From Eledone cirrhosa (Eukaryota), in NCBI GenBank assembly GCA_964016885.1, contig OZ024745.1:113274001-113338000 (forward strand): a DNA stretch of 64,000 nucleotides, given 5' to 3'. The notes under the pieces are model-generated. The model was not told the origin of the DNA, did no database searches, and saw nothing but the letters and a program-made list of their open reading frames with translations. The position numbers and the translations under genes were made by a program. Every line of letters starts with the position of its first letter. Position 1 is the stretch's first letter. This document shows positions 26,991-41,926 of this stretch, in pieces.

Positions 26991-27978
26991 AGAGAAAAGA
27001 AGAGAGAGAGAAAAGAAGAGATTTCCTGAGAGTTATAGCAGTTATAGTGTCAGAAATGAAAACAGACCTGAAAGAAATAATAGAAAAATTGAGAAAAAAA
27101 GATGCAAAGAGTGACTAGGAGAAGGAAATCATGAAAGAAGGAAAAGAGAAAAGATCTTTTTTTTTTTCTAAAAACATTTGTTTGATACATTACCAACAAA
27201 CACTTTTGCATATAAACATATCCCACTCCACAAAGAGTTCAACATTTATTCAGTTATTGGTGCTAAATTTATCGATCACCCGTTGGGCCAATATCAAGTC
27301 TACTATGGAATTTCATCTATAGTTAGCTATTGAATCTGTTTATTTAATGTAGTAGCCAGGGATTCAAGCAGGGTTTAGAATATAATGAATCTCTCTTTCT
27401 CTCTTTTATGTATACACACACAGAGAAACAGACATAAACACATACATATATGTATATGGGACGAAGCTGGTATGATGTGTGTATTTTTAGTAGATACAGC
27501 ACGTGTTACTAGCTAGTCGCTGATTTGGATTTGATGCGTAAACACAGATGGTTGGACCTCTTCCTTTTTGAAAATCCAGCATCTGGCTACTGTCGTTTAC
27601 CAATCGATTAATTGGTGAAATATATTTCTTTAATGGAATATATACAAGGAAGATTAATCAATTTATAAGGTATCTATTTTTGAAGTTCTAGTTAAACTTT
27701 ATTTAGTTACCTACCTAGTTATGTGTGCTTACACACTTTTACAAATTATCCCCTGTGATTGTTTCATATGTTTATTTATATGTCAATCAATTTCTACTTG
27801 ATATATGTATATGTATATTTATATGGGTGTGTCTGTGTGTGTATGCTCATCCAATTTTTGTGTTTGTTAACAGAGAGGTTCACGAAGTTTTAGAAAAAAA
27901 AACATTATTTTAAAAGGTTGCTTTCCAAATTGTGCAACTTTTAACACTGCTATATTTGGGATGTTATTTGACCAGTGC

Positions 27979-28360
27979 TGGATTGGCAGTATCGACAGAG
28001 GGTCGGACGCCATGCTTTCCAGCATAGTTACGTCCCTTTACGATCTGAGTTCAAATCCCGCCGAGGTTGACTATGCCTTTCATCCTTACGGGGTCGATAA
28101 AATAAAGTACCAGTAATGCACTGGGTAATTGCTGGCCTTGTGCCTAAAGTAGAAACAATTATTTGTATGTGTGAATGGATTGGCAGTATCGGTAGAGGGT
28201 CGGACGCCATGCTTTGACGCATAGAGTTACGGCACTTGCCATTCTGAGTTCAAATCCCGCCGAGGTTAACTTTGCCTTTCATCCTTACGGGGTCGATAAA
28301 ATAAGGTACCAGTAATACACTGGATAATTGCTGGCCTTGTGCCAAAAGTAGAAACAATTA
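27979..28360 (+). mobile_element. tandem dimer of young tRNA-derived SINE (family S1)
   Basis: A-box TGGCAGTATCGG, B-box GAGTTCAAATCC, Nin/Deu-like core GCCTTTCATCCTTACGGGGTCGATAAAATAAAGTACCAG, tail GGCCTTGTGCCTAAAGTAGAAACAATTA. Confidence 0.9.
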
Positions 28361-28986
28361 TTTGTATGTGTGAGTATCTATGTATGTGGATATGTGGGCA
28401 CAGTTGTGTTTGCATGTAGGTATATTAGTATATACCTGTAGGTATGTGAGTATATACCTGTAGGTATATGAGTATATAAAATAAAGTACCAGTAATGCAC
28501 TGGGTAATTGCTGGCCTTGTGCCTAAAGTAGAAACAGTTATTAGACCAGTGCTTATTTTCCTAAATAGACGATGTTTCCAATGGTTAAACCTATTTTGAT
28601 CTGTGTTCATAACATCATTACAGCGAGGGCAACGATCTTTAGCGTAATCAGAATAAATGTTTCTGATTTAGGTACAAGGTCAATAATTCTGGGAGAAGGG
28701 AAAGGATACGTTACTGGTATTTTACTTTATCGACTCCGTAAAGATGAAAGGCTAAGCTAACCTCGACAGGATTTAAATTCAGAACGTAATGGGACCTAAC
28801 TCTATGTCACAAATCATGCCTGACGTTCTACCGATACTGTCAATCCACCACCCTTAGCGTCGTCAGAGTGATAACTAATAAAACCGCGCAAAACTTAGAG
28901 CCAACATGTTATAACTTTGTTTGCCTTGTGGGACAAGTTTATTATATTGTGTATTATCATACTATAATGTATTGACTATTATAAGA

Positions 28987-29177
28987 GGTGGATTGGCAGT
29001 ATCGATAGAGGGTCGGACGCCATGCTTTCCAGCATAGTTACGTCCCTTTACGATCTGAGTTCAAATCCCGCCGAGGTTGACTTTGCCTTTGCTTTTCATC
29101 CTTACGGGGTCGATAAAATAAAGTACCAATAATGCACTGGGTAATTGCTGGCCTTGTGCCTAAACTAGAAACAATTA
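28987..29177 (+). mobile_element. SINE S1
   Basis: Full-length copy with a small internal duplication (GCCTTTGCTTTTC). Confidence 0.9.
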
Positions 29178-29431
29178 TATAAATAGTGTTATACTTCCAT
29201 TGCTCACATATTTTAAAGATGTTCACACATACACATGTTTTAAAACTTCATTTCTTAACCAAAAGGCTGCTGGTTAATGCCTTCCACTGTAGAATATTTT
29301 AGAATTTCGGTATCTCAAAATAACCATAACAGTAAATGTTGACATTGTTAATCTTTCTTTTTAAACGTAATGGTCATAAACTCGTTTAGTAATGTGTTGT
29401 TCTTTGATGTTGTCCATTGATCTTTATTGGT

Positions 29432-29476
<45 letters not shown>

Positions 29477-29654
29477 GAAACACACAGATACATGCGGACA
29501 CACACATATATACATGAATGCATCCGCACCCAACTGTGAGTTAAGGGTGCCAACTTCACCGATGTTGCTCAATGAATGACTGGGACAGACCAATTCAGTT
29601 TGAACTAGACTGAACCAGTATCATATATATATATATATATATATGTATATGTAG

Positions 29655-29827
<173 letters not shown>

Positions 29828-29828
29828 C

Positions 29829-29912
<84 letters not shown>

Positions 29913-29943
29913 GTGTGTATATATATATATATGCGTATATAGT

Positions 29944-30156
29944 GAAGGCGTGTGGCTGAGTGGTTATAGAACTGGATTCGCAATCGTTTTGTTGTGAGTT
30001 CGAATCCTGGACCGGGCGATGAGTTATGTCCTTGAGCAAGACACTTTATTTCACGTTTCTCCTTCTACCTGGAGTTGCGACCGATAGATAGTATTAGCAA
30101 TTGGAAAGACCAATGGAAACACTGTTTCCTCGGTCCGATTTGACGAAAGTCGATCG
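29944..30156 (+). mobile_element. tRNA-derived SINE family S2 (CORE-like middle)
   Basis: A-box TGGCTGAGTGG, B-box GTTCGAATCC, TGTCCTTGAGCAAGACACTT; inverted copy at 58898-59112. Confidence 0.85.
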
Positions 30157-30175
30157 TTAGGAATATGTGTATATG

Positions 30176-30207
<32 letters not shown>

Positions 30208-30253
30208 TATGTATATTACATATTTATATACATGTATGTTTATATATATATGT

Positions 30254-30311
<58 letters not shown>

Positions 30312-30341
30312 ATGTATAGATAGATATACATATATATATGT

Positions 30342-30424
<83 letters not shown>

Positions 30425-30450
30425 CATATATATATATATATATATATATA

Positions 30451-30643
30451 TAACGAAGGAAAAGTGGTAAGGAACCAGGTGGACCGTAACGCACCAAAGT
30501 ACTCAATACTTGGGGTAGTAGAGTGGGTAATAGGAACCAGTAAGACCCCGACGGCTGAGCTCAAGCCGTTTCGACGGCTAATTCTGGTCCAGAATTAGCC
30601 GTCGAAACGGCTTGAGCTCAGCCGTCGGGGTCTTACTGGTTCC

Positions 30644-30648
<5 letters not shown>
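30451..30648. mobile_element. fold-back hairpin element family B
   Basis: Perfect 60-bp inverted repeat 30528-30587 / 30589-30648 with a 1-nt spacer; flanked by (TA)n on both sides. Confidence 0.9.
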
Positions 30649-30697
<49 letters not shown>

Positions 30698-31189
30698 ACA
30701 GATTAAAGTTTAAGCAAAGAATCGCTGCTTTCACCCTTAACGGGATCTTCTGAAACTAAAAAAAGTCAATCTGTGAACGCAGAAGTAAATATTTCAAAAA
30801 ATGTTGCAACCGAAGGAAGACAGGAAGACGATACTTTGGTTCGTGGAAACGTCCCCTGGCAAAGAACGGGAAAAAACTAAGATAATACGTCATTATTCGG
30901 TGCAGTGAAAAAAATTACATGCAAAGACAAAACCACGTTTATGGTATAAAAGAAGTCGTAGACTAATATTCTATTAGGTGGTCATGGAGACGTTCTCTGG
31001 GTCTACAGTTATTATATATTTGATTATATTTATCCTTATCGAGCCCTCTTTGGATTTTAGTCTTCAAATTTATTATTATTACTATATATACATATATACA
31101 TGTATGCATATATATATATGCATATATATATATACATGTATGTATATATATGTGGCTTGTAGTTGTATGTGTTTGTTGCATTTGCTCTT

Positions 31190-31278
31190 ATCTCTCGCTG
31201 AGGAAAGCCTACGGAGTATCTGTTACAAACACAATTTTCAGGGCGAAATAGGTTCAATCTCTAATCTGTCCGAGAGAT
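31190..31278 (+). ncRNA. type I hammerhead ribozyme (full-size stem III)
   Basis: ATCTCTCG-CTGAGGA-aaGCCT...AGGGC-GAAA-TAGGTT caatctct AATCTG-TC^-CGAGAGAT; perfect 8-bp stem I and GUC triplet. Confidence 0.75.
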
Positions 31279-31410
31279 GAAATAGTTATTCAGACGGTCT
31301 GTATATATATATTCTATATCTTACATTTGCTTCAGGTTAAATTTATCAAACCAATGTGGTATTTCAACCCTCGTAATTTTAGACACACAATTTACTGTGT
31401 TTATTTCTAC

Positions 31411-31466
<56 letters not shown>

Positions 31467-31469
<3 letters not shown>

Positions 31470-31635
31470 CGAAGGAAATGTGGTAAGGAACCAGGTGGAC
31501 CATAACGCACCAAAGTACTCAATACTTGAGGTAGTAGAGTGGGTAATAGGAACCAGTAAGACCCCGACAGCTGAGCTCAAGCCGTTTCGACGGCTTCGAA
31601 ACGGCTTGAGCTCAGCTGTCGGGGTCTTACTGGTT

Positions 31636-31640
<5 letters not shown>
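31467..31640. mobile_element. fold-back hairpin element family B (shorter axis)
   Basis: Arms ATAGGAACCAGTAAGACCCCGACAGCTGAGCTCAAGCCGTTTCGA / reverse complement around CGGCT. Confidence 0.85.
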
Positions 31641-31669
<29 letters not shown>

Positions 31670-31696
31670 TGTGTGTATGTATGTATAGATAGAGAG

Positions 31697-31856
<160 letters not shown>

Positions 31857-32367
31857 TCGGGTGCAAGGGTTGATGAAGAAACGTATTCTAATATTCTCTC
31901 TTTGTGTATATTATACATATACATTAAAGTTGTATTTTAACAATTGCTACAATGTTACATCCCATTAATAAGAACGGTTAAATATATTTTTACTCCAGCT
32001 TCTTCTCTCTCTCCCCCCCCCATCTCACTCTGGCTCCCTTTTTCTCCCTCCCCCTCTCACTCTCTCATTCTCTGTTTCAGTCACTTCCTCTGATTCTTCT
32101 CTTAACTTCCTCTATTAATTAAGTTATCGATCTTTCAGCTTTCGTGTTTACTTCTTATTTCTGTTTATTTAAATATACGTTTCACATATCTGTGTTTCTA
32201 CGTCTGTTTCGCCATCTATCTCAGTTCTCCATTCTATGTTTACACGCGCGCGTACACACACACACGTATTATATATATATATATATATACATACACACAC
32301 ACACATAACATATATATATATATATATGTGTCTATAATAAATAATTATATATATATTTATATATAAT

Positions 32368-32525
<158 letters not shown>

Positions 32526-32999
32526 AGCATGAAACCTCGGTAAAGGCACATATAATAAGTACTGCAAATTTTTATAAATTTATTTTAAAACTTTTTCTCA
32601 ATTTGCTAGACCTTGATTTTATATGTTCTGGCTTGTTAATTTATTAACCCGCCATATAACCACATTGGCATACGGCACAACTGTACATGTATAGTAGAGT
32701 TGGTATTACACATAATGTGAATATCAATGAACACATACACTGTCACTTTGTCTGACTCAATATGATCATCACTACTAATGAATTAATACTGAAAATGTTA
32801 GCAAATCATATTGGTGCCATCAAACGCCAGGTTCCCAAACTGTGGCCCCACACCTGTCCCTCCTCATCCAGTATCTGACTCCTAAACTATGGCTCTGCTC
32901 TCAGATGGGTCAGGCTCCAAAACTGATTCCGTTGTGAGACAGGTTTGGCGTGGCCAACTGGCCCGTCCCTCCTCATTTCGGAGCCAACTTGTCCCACAC

Positions 33000-33150
33000 T
33001 GTAAATGTGATTGGTGTTAGGAAGGGCATCTAGCTGTAAAATACATGGCCATACATTTATAGTGCTCCCCAGAGCAAAGTGCAACATGGCCAGGCTTGCT
33101 TCCCGGCATGGACGACCCATTTAACCCATGCTAAACAGAAATGATGATTA
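33000..33150 (+). mobile_element. old SINE fragment with an RTE-type (ATG)n tail
   Basis: GTTAGGAAGGGCATCTAGCTGTAAAA domain and ACCCATGCTAA..AAATGATGAT end; the reversed tail is also at ~14560-14612. Confidence 0.5.
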
Positions 33151-33290
33151 TATATATATATATATATATATATACAATCAGAAGCATCAAATCAAGCAAG
33201 AATTCCCCCCCAAAAAACACCTCTGGTTTATATATTTATTTATATATACATACACATATAAAGAATTAACTAGAATAATGAAAATGAAAG

Positions 33291-33426
<136 letters not shown>

Positions 33427-33440
33427 ATATATATATATAC

Positions 33441-33500
<60 letters not shown>

Positions 33501-33522
33501 GTGTGTGTGTATATATATATAT

Positions 33523-33604
<82 letters not shown>

Positions 33605-33697
33605 GTGTGTATATATGTGTGAGTGTTTGAATGAGTGTGATTTATAGTTACTTTCAAAACTAACAAAACAATATGTAGAATAATTATATCACATTAT

Positions 33698-33888
33698 AAG
33701 GGCGGTGGATTGGCAGTATCGGTTGAGAGTCGGACGCCATGCTTTCCAGCATAGTTACGTCCCTTTACGATCTGAGTTCAAATCCCGCCGAGGTTGACTT
33801 TGCCTTTCATCCTTACGGGGTCGATAAAATAAAGTACCAGTAATGCACTGTGTAATTGCTGGCCTTGTGCCTAAAGTAGAAACAATTA
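33698..33888 (+). mobile_element. SINE S1 with 17-bp target-site duplication
   Basis: AATTATATCACATTATA at 33682-33698 and 33884-33900. Confidence 0.92.
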
Positions 33889-34560
33889 TATCACATTATA
33901 CTCTTCTACAAAATTACATCTTTAAATAATATGAATTTCCGCTCTGCAACATTAAGAGCAAAGACATTTATCTTATTTTTCTCACATCAAATCACTCACA
34001 TACATTGCAAAATGATAGTGACGAAGGAAGGAATGCACTCACGAAATTCTACATCCCATATCAACCCTGGCAAATTTTCATACGCCTAAAAATGACCAAA
34101 ATCATAACAATTCTAAAAGCAAACAAAAGCCGAAGTGTACATCTCAATTAACCAAGAAAAGCAAATCCTTTACAACACTAACGTAGATAAATCCTATTGC
34201 CAAATCAAAAGATGGATTCAGAACGCTACACTAGACCATCAAAGTATTTGCAAACCTTACACCAAAAATATATGTTGGCTTTATCAACGAAAAATCAATA
34301 TCAAATATATGTCATATGGTCATTAATATCATGAAATATTTCACTTCTATTCCCCACCATTCACTCATACAGATATTACTGAACACTACTTTAAGAAACA
34401 TTGCAAAACACATGATTGTGAACTAATCGTCAGGTCAATTTTTTCAGAACCTGCAATTTTCTGAATCAAGTATTACGGATCGCCGTCCTCTCATTCACTC
34501 TGTTCAATATGTATTCAGCAGAACATTTATAGATTCCCTTTTAGGAGATCGAGAACACAG

Positions 34561-34648
<88 letters not shown>

Positions 34649-34795
34649 TTATACACTACATCACATTCTATTTTAAATATTTTACTTTTTGGGGTTCGAT
34701 TGATATAAAATATTCTGTACATGTTTCTCAGAATATACATGTGTATGTATATACATGGGTATAGATATTTATATTTATGCATGTCTCTCTCTCTT

Positions 34796-34837
<42 letters not shown>

Positions 34838-36965
34838 AATATGTGTGTGTGTTTTTGTGTGGATATTTGTATTGATAGAATAAGTCGATTGTCATTTCAA
34901 AAATACTAACCCGTCTGTTATTATGGAATGTCGAAATGTGTTGTATTATATATTGCATTATTGTATAAGGTAAAAGGGTCTTGGATTGGAGAGTCGGGCA
35001 ATTTTCTTGGCGATATATAGTTATGTCCCTTTAAATTTTGAGTGGAAATCCCGCCGAGGATAGCTTTGAGATTCATCTTTACATGGTCGATAAAATAAAG
35101 CACCAGGTTCGATTTCATCCTCCCCCACAATTGTTAGCCTTGCGCCTAAATCAGAAATCATTATCTTATAAAGGAAACAAATTTTTAGTCGCTTCACTAT
35201 CACACATCCACACAAAAATCATCTTCTTCAACGTTTATAGACACACTCCCTAGAATGAAAAGGAAAACCATCTTGATTAGTTTATAATTTAGACATGTAT
35301 CTGAAAATATCTTTCGGAGATGTAAAGTAGCTTAATGAATATCAGTATTGAACAGTGTCATCTCATGCATCTTGGTAGAGTCAAAGATCACTGCTGCTGT
35401 GTGATTAATAACTATTGGTTTCTAATATAGGTATACACCATGAATTTCAACCACTCGAAAAACCTGATTGGGTTTCTTATTTTATCTCTTCCACTGAGAT
35501 TGGAACACAGAAAGTGAAGAAATTTAGCTAAACCAGACTATTCAATTTTTTCCGATTCTGACGATCACCACCCACGTTCAAATAATTTAATCATTTATAT
35601 TTAGGTAGTTAAAACCAGTTTAAGAAAACGTTTTATGTTCTAATAACATATTCACCTATCATTCTTGTATACATTGAGATGACTCCGTTAAAACGATGTG
35701 TCACATTTTGAAATAAAGACAGAAATGGAATAATTTACAATACAAAAGTTGTTAAACATACTCTTCCATACAGACATTGACGGCGTATAATTCTCATTAC
35801 AATATTCTTAATATTTCCATTTTCTCCTGTTGTTTCGCTGGTTTATATTGCAAAATCGAGTTATGTTTGTTTCGAAATGAATAATAATAATAAATATTAC
35901 TTCGGAAATGAAAGAGATCTTCATCGCCTAAATAAATATGTAAATTTAGTGAAAAGTCTATAGTGATATGAATGTAATAAAGCTGATATTGATTTCTTAT
36001 TTAACTGATGTCTAATCCTTGTTCAAAAGAAATTCTAATAACTTTATTCCAGAGTAAATCCCTGGATTATCAGAATCGTTGACAGCATCATTAGAGCAGT
36101 GGTCGAAATGTTTCGCAATGTTTAGCTGTGATTTTCTTTTTAATGTTTGCAGTTTGAATCCGGTTGAGGTCAACTTGGTTTATCATTGAACTGAGATCGA
36201 TAATATACGTGCAAGTCAAGTACTGGTTCAATTTAAATAGAAGATATCTTCTCGTGAAATGTATGGCCTTTGGCCTATGTCAGAATTCACTATTATTCAA
36301 TTAGGGTTTAAATTAGTATATTAATTGCTCTGTACTCTGAATATTTTCTGACTGCAGGTGAAGTTAGAAGAAGAATATGACGAGTAAAAGCTCATAGACG
36401 TAGGAGGTTGTGAGAAAAAGATATATTGGTTAATTACTTAATTAAAGAGAAAGGGCTAGTGGTCATAATCGTTGCAGGAAGCTCTGAAGGTTATAATATT
36501 GATTTAGTTGATGGTTCACTTGGATTTCTATAGTTGTAAAGCAGGTTAAAACTGCAGAGGGATAACATACGGCTTTCTCGTTTAAAGTAACAAGAGTCGT
36601 AATAATGATAGAAATCAGACATAGCAAGAGCGGGACACTAATAAAGTAATGGTTTTTAATTACTGGTGAATGAATGTTCACACATGAATTAGAGGTTTTA
36701 GATGAATTAGATGTTTTTGAACTTAAAACGTATGGGTCTAGTAGTAACATCGTCCACAGAGGAATTTAATGAAGATTTATTAATACAGATAATAATTACT
36801 AAGAATTCGGAGAGTTTAACAATAGGGAGGAAAGCATGGGTATGGTGAGAGTTCCAGTGGGATATCGATAAAAAAAGAATTGTATATGATACTTATTAGA
36901 AACACTTCATTATGGAAATGTTATTTCTAAAGCAAAAGAGTTATATAGCGTCTATTATTATCAAG

Positions 36966-37059
<94 letters not shown>

Positions 37060-37109
37060 AATATATACATGCATGCATACATACATACATACATACATAC
37101 ATACATACA

Positions 37110-37821
<712 letters not shown>

Positions 37822-38532
37822 ATATATATATGTACTATTATAAAGTACCAGTAATGTACTGGATAATTGCTGGCCTTGTGCCAAAAGTAGAAACATCTAT
37901 TATACTCGATAAATCCGCTCAATTTGACTTTGCTTTTTGCTCATTCTGTGCTCCGTAATATAGGTACCAGAAAAAAAAAGGTATTAAAATCGATATAAGA
38001 GACTAAATCACTTTCATTGCTGATTTCCAATAAGTGAAATAAACTAAAAATAAGTAACAAACGTAATATCAAATTTTAAATCTCACACACAAACAGATGT
38101 GTGTTCCCTACAAAATAATCTTAACAAGCATCTCTTATTTTTCATTTTCCACTCCATCACGATCAGTATGCTTTTCAGATACCAGTATTACTTATTCAGA
38201 TGTCAATATCCCATTCATAGAAAATAATGAGCTACTACAAAAAAAATCGAATTATGCATAGAAGCTTCGATGTTAACATTAATTAGAATTGTTTTACTTT
38301 TAAATGATAGGCATCTGCACGAAGCTGTTAGCAGTAAAGCAAGCAGTGAGATAATTGTGCAGATGTACTGTATATGCTCAATTTCATTGGAAAGTAAAAT
38401 GTTTATGCTGCTAAAATTATCTCTAAGCACTCTTGCAGACTTGGTGCGACGTGAAAAAAATTCGATTTCATTAGACTTGGATTAAAATAGATAATTAACA
38501 ACATTAGAAAAATATAACACCGAGGATATCGA

Positions 38533-38696
38533 GACTACTACTACTACTACTACTACAACTACTACTGCTGCTGCTGCTCTACTACTACTACTGCTACTAC
38601 TACTACTGCTACTATTACTACCACCACTACAACAACAACAACTACTACTACTATTACAACTACTACTACTACTGTTGCTGCTGCTGCTACTACTAT

Positions 38697-38734
<38 letters not shown>

Positions 38735-38920
38735 TAAGTACCACTACTACCACCACCACCACCACCACCACCACCACAACAACAACAACAACAATAACAA
38801 CAACAACAACTACTACTACTACTACTACTTCTACTACCACCACCACAACAACAACTACTACCACCACCACTATTACTACTGCTACTACCACCACTACTAA
38901 CTGTAACATATGTTTCAAAT
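38533..38920. repeat. (ACT/ACC/ACA/GCT)n trinucleotide mosaic
   Basis: Seen directly; explains the poly-Val ORF. Confidence 0.95.
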
Positions 38921-39215
38921 AAATCCTAAATACTCTACGGGGAAATCAAACAGATACATATTTCCAGAATATCTACTAACATCAAAGCCTCTCCCCTAAA
39001 AAAACTTTAAAAAACCCCAAAACATTTGAAGTTCCTAAGCAATGAACTTGGCAACATAATGAAGATAGGTTGTTTATAGAAAAGGAAAGCTATCAATCTA
39101 ATAACACCGCATACATGGTCCAAAATAATCGGTGAATACTTCACCAACAAATCAGTGTTCACTAAGTAGTGGACTGCCCTTAGTTCCTGACTTCAGAAGA
39201 AGACAATATTAATTA

Positions 39216-39400
39216 GGTGGATTGGCAGTATCAGTAGAGAGTCGGATGCCATGCTTTCCAGCGTAGTTAAGTCCCTTTACGGTGTGAGTTCAAATCCCGC
39301 CGAGGTTAACTTTGCCTTTCATCCTTACGGGGTCGATAAAATAAAGTACCAGTAATGTACTGGGTAATTGCTGGCCTTGTGCCAAAAGTAGAAACAATTA
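39216..39400 (+). mobile_element. SINE S1
   Basis: Full-length match to the family consensus. Confidence 0.9.
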
Positions 39401-39834
39401 ATTACTATAAATCTAAAAAAGTAGAGGGACTCTATAAAATTTACATAAATATATCTTCATTGTTAGTAACATAGAAACCCTACAATATATACTCCCTAAT
39501 AACATCTAGGTTGAGGAAACATATAGAGAGATATTTTATATTATATCTGATTGTGATAGAATTATATATACAGGGTGAGTGTTAGGCAATAAAAGCAGTA
39601 ATATATAGTAGACTCAGCTTTCTTTCAGAAACGTCAACCCTTTAATGTCGCCCGAGATTATAAGTTTGAATGCTGGAGAGTAACTTAAAGAAGTATGAAT
39701 TATATAGTAAAATAAAATTTAAAAGAAACGTATATAATACATAAAACAACACTGATAAAATAGAAGAAAATTAAATACAATAAAATAAAAGATAAAGACA
39801 TAAAAGTAGACGATATTGTGGGAGGGGATAAATA

Positions 39835-40330
39835 GAAGTAAAGATCAACGATTTGCAAATCGATAGGTTATTGAAGAGAGCACAAAACAAAAAAATAATA
39901 ATGAAATAAACTAAACTGCTAAATATGGCTGTAATCGATTACCGAAAAAGCATTCGACAGTATACCACACTCTTGAATACTAGAAATACTTCACATAAAC
40001 ATATCAGTCTGAAAATTAGGCAGTATACCAAATACGACCTGACAAAATAGAAAAGATCAATTACACTAGAAAGTAGCTATAAGTAGAACTATAGCAATGA
40101 GAAGATGGTGTTTTAATTAAGATTTAGTGACTCCACAGCGTTTGTTGAATCAAATGACCTATAGATACAATTGTTATGTATTAATATAGACATCCCTCGC
40201 TAAATGGGTGATTTAAATCCTTTATATGGATTGAAAATTACTATATGGATTCAATAATAATAGGTAAATGAGAATGTGATGAGACAAATGTGCTAAATCC
40301 TCTTTGAGAGGACACACTAAAGAAATTTCA
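39835..40330 (+). mobile_element. highly decayed R4/Dong-like non-LTR RT fragment
   Basis: Frameshifted MA.IDYRK-AFDSIPHS(W)ILEIL at ~39924-39990; (M)GDL and DKCAK relics downstream. Confidence 0.55.
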
Positions 40331-41926
40331 ATTTAGTGAGATGTGAATATCCGAAATAAAAAAAAAAATTGAACTGAGACATAAATCCATTTTATTGTAT
40401 ATAAATATAGATAAAAATATAAAAAAAAAGGAAAGGAAAATATTAGAAACGATTATCCCGGAAGAAACAGTTTTATGTTGAAAACCGAATGCCAAAAATA
40501 GTATATGTATAAATAATTTGTCTGAGTCATAAGCGGCTGATTCTAATTGAAAGTTTACTGAACTGGACAGCATTTAAAAGACAGGCTATTTAGAGAGACA
40601 ACACATGTCATAGTTGATGGAGAAAATAGTCAGATAAGAATTATAAAATAGTCATGCATGCATGGGCCTGTAACTCCCGAGGGAGTTGTAGGGGCGCTAT
40701 ATTGACATACGACCTTACTTAGGGCAATTCTTAAACCTGGCGAAGCCCATTCCTCTCCATCTCTGAATAAAGCAGATTTTTTCCAGAGAAAGGATAGAGG
40801 GTGATAGAGAGAAGTAAGAAAGATATATAGAGGAAGAATCGACCCCAGAATACTTATCGATCTTGAATGGATACAAGGCAAGGTTCACCTCGTCTGGATT
40901 TGAACTCAGAAATCAAAGGGCCAATACAAATACCACAAAGTACTATATCTGACGCTCTAACGACTCTGCTAATTCGTCGTCTAAAATAATCTCAGTGGCT
41001 CTATCATTTATTAAAGAAAACAACAAAGGTAAACTGATTATCAGAACGAGAAATGAAACAAAATATGTTTTAGTTATAAGGCGGGGAATCTACAGGGTTG
41101 TTAGAACTTCTGATAGAATGCTATGTGTTATTCGTTCCAGCTCGCTGCTCTCTGAGTTCAAATCCCACCGAGGTCAACTTTGCCTTTCATTCTTTCGAGG
41201 TCAATAAAAAAAGTAGCAGTCTAGTACTGAGTCGATTCTTCCTTTACATCTCCTTCTCATTGTCCTTCTTTCTCACTTTCTATCTTTCTCTGGAAGAAAT
41301 CTGTTGTACTCAGGCCTGAAGAGGGATGGACTCCGCCCGATTTAAAATGCCGCCCCAAACGCCGTATGTCAATACGAGGCCCCTACGACTTTATTAGCAG
41401 TTACGGGACCATACATGCAGACATATATGGACAAAGGAGGTTATGTGCAAGAAGTTAAGTGTAGCGAATAGTTTGAAATAAATCAAAACAAAAGACTGTA
41501 TAACTATAAAACGCGAAAATAATTCTTTTTTTTTTAAATACAGTAAAGTAAACAATTCTGAGAAAAAAACACATTCCAAACAGTGTCATTTAAATGTGGA
41601 TGAAGGCGAAGTGAATTTATAGACGCCAACAATGGTTCAAAATTTCTGGACAGAAGTCAAATTAGTAGCCGTGATTTTATCTGCAGAAAATCAATAGCTA
41701 AGCTCCAAAAGCTACCAAAAAAAGATCAATTAAATAAAATACAAATATAATATACGAAATGAAGTCGACCAGATATAACCACATTTCTGATTGACTGATT
41801 CTTGAAAGTATGGAGTATATAGCCCACGCCATGACTGTGTAGGTAGGGATACTCATGGGGCAAAATGCCGAGAAGTCTTCATAAGAATAAAACATAAATA
41901 ATATAAGCACAAATAGTACTATCTAA

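Noticed and set aside
29944-30015. tRNA gene
   Set aside because: A/B boxes are present but continue into a SINE body with a second dispersed copy; no clean cloverleaf.
34010-34400. LINE RT fragment (KMTKIITILKANK-like)
   Set aside because: Too decayed to assign a clade or boundaries with confidence.
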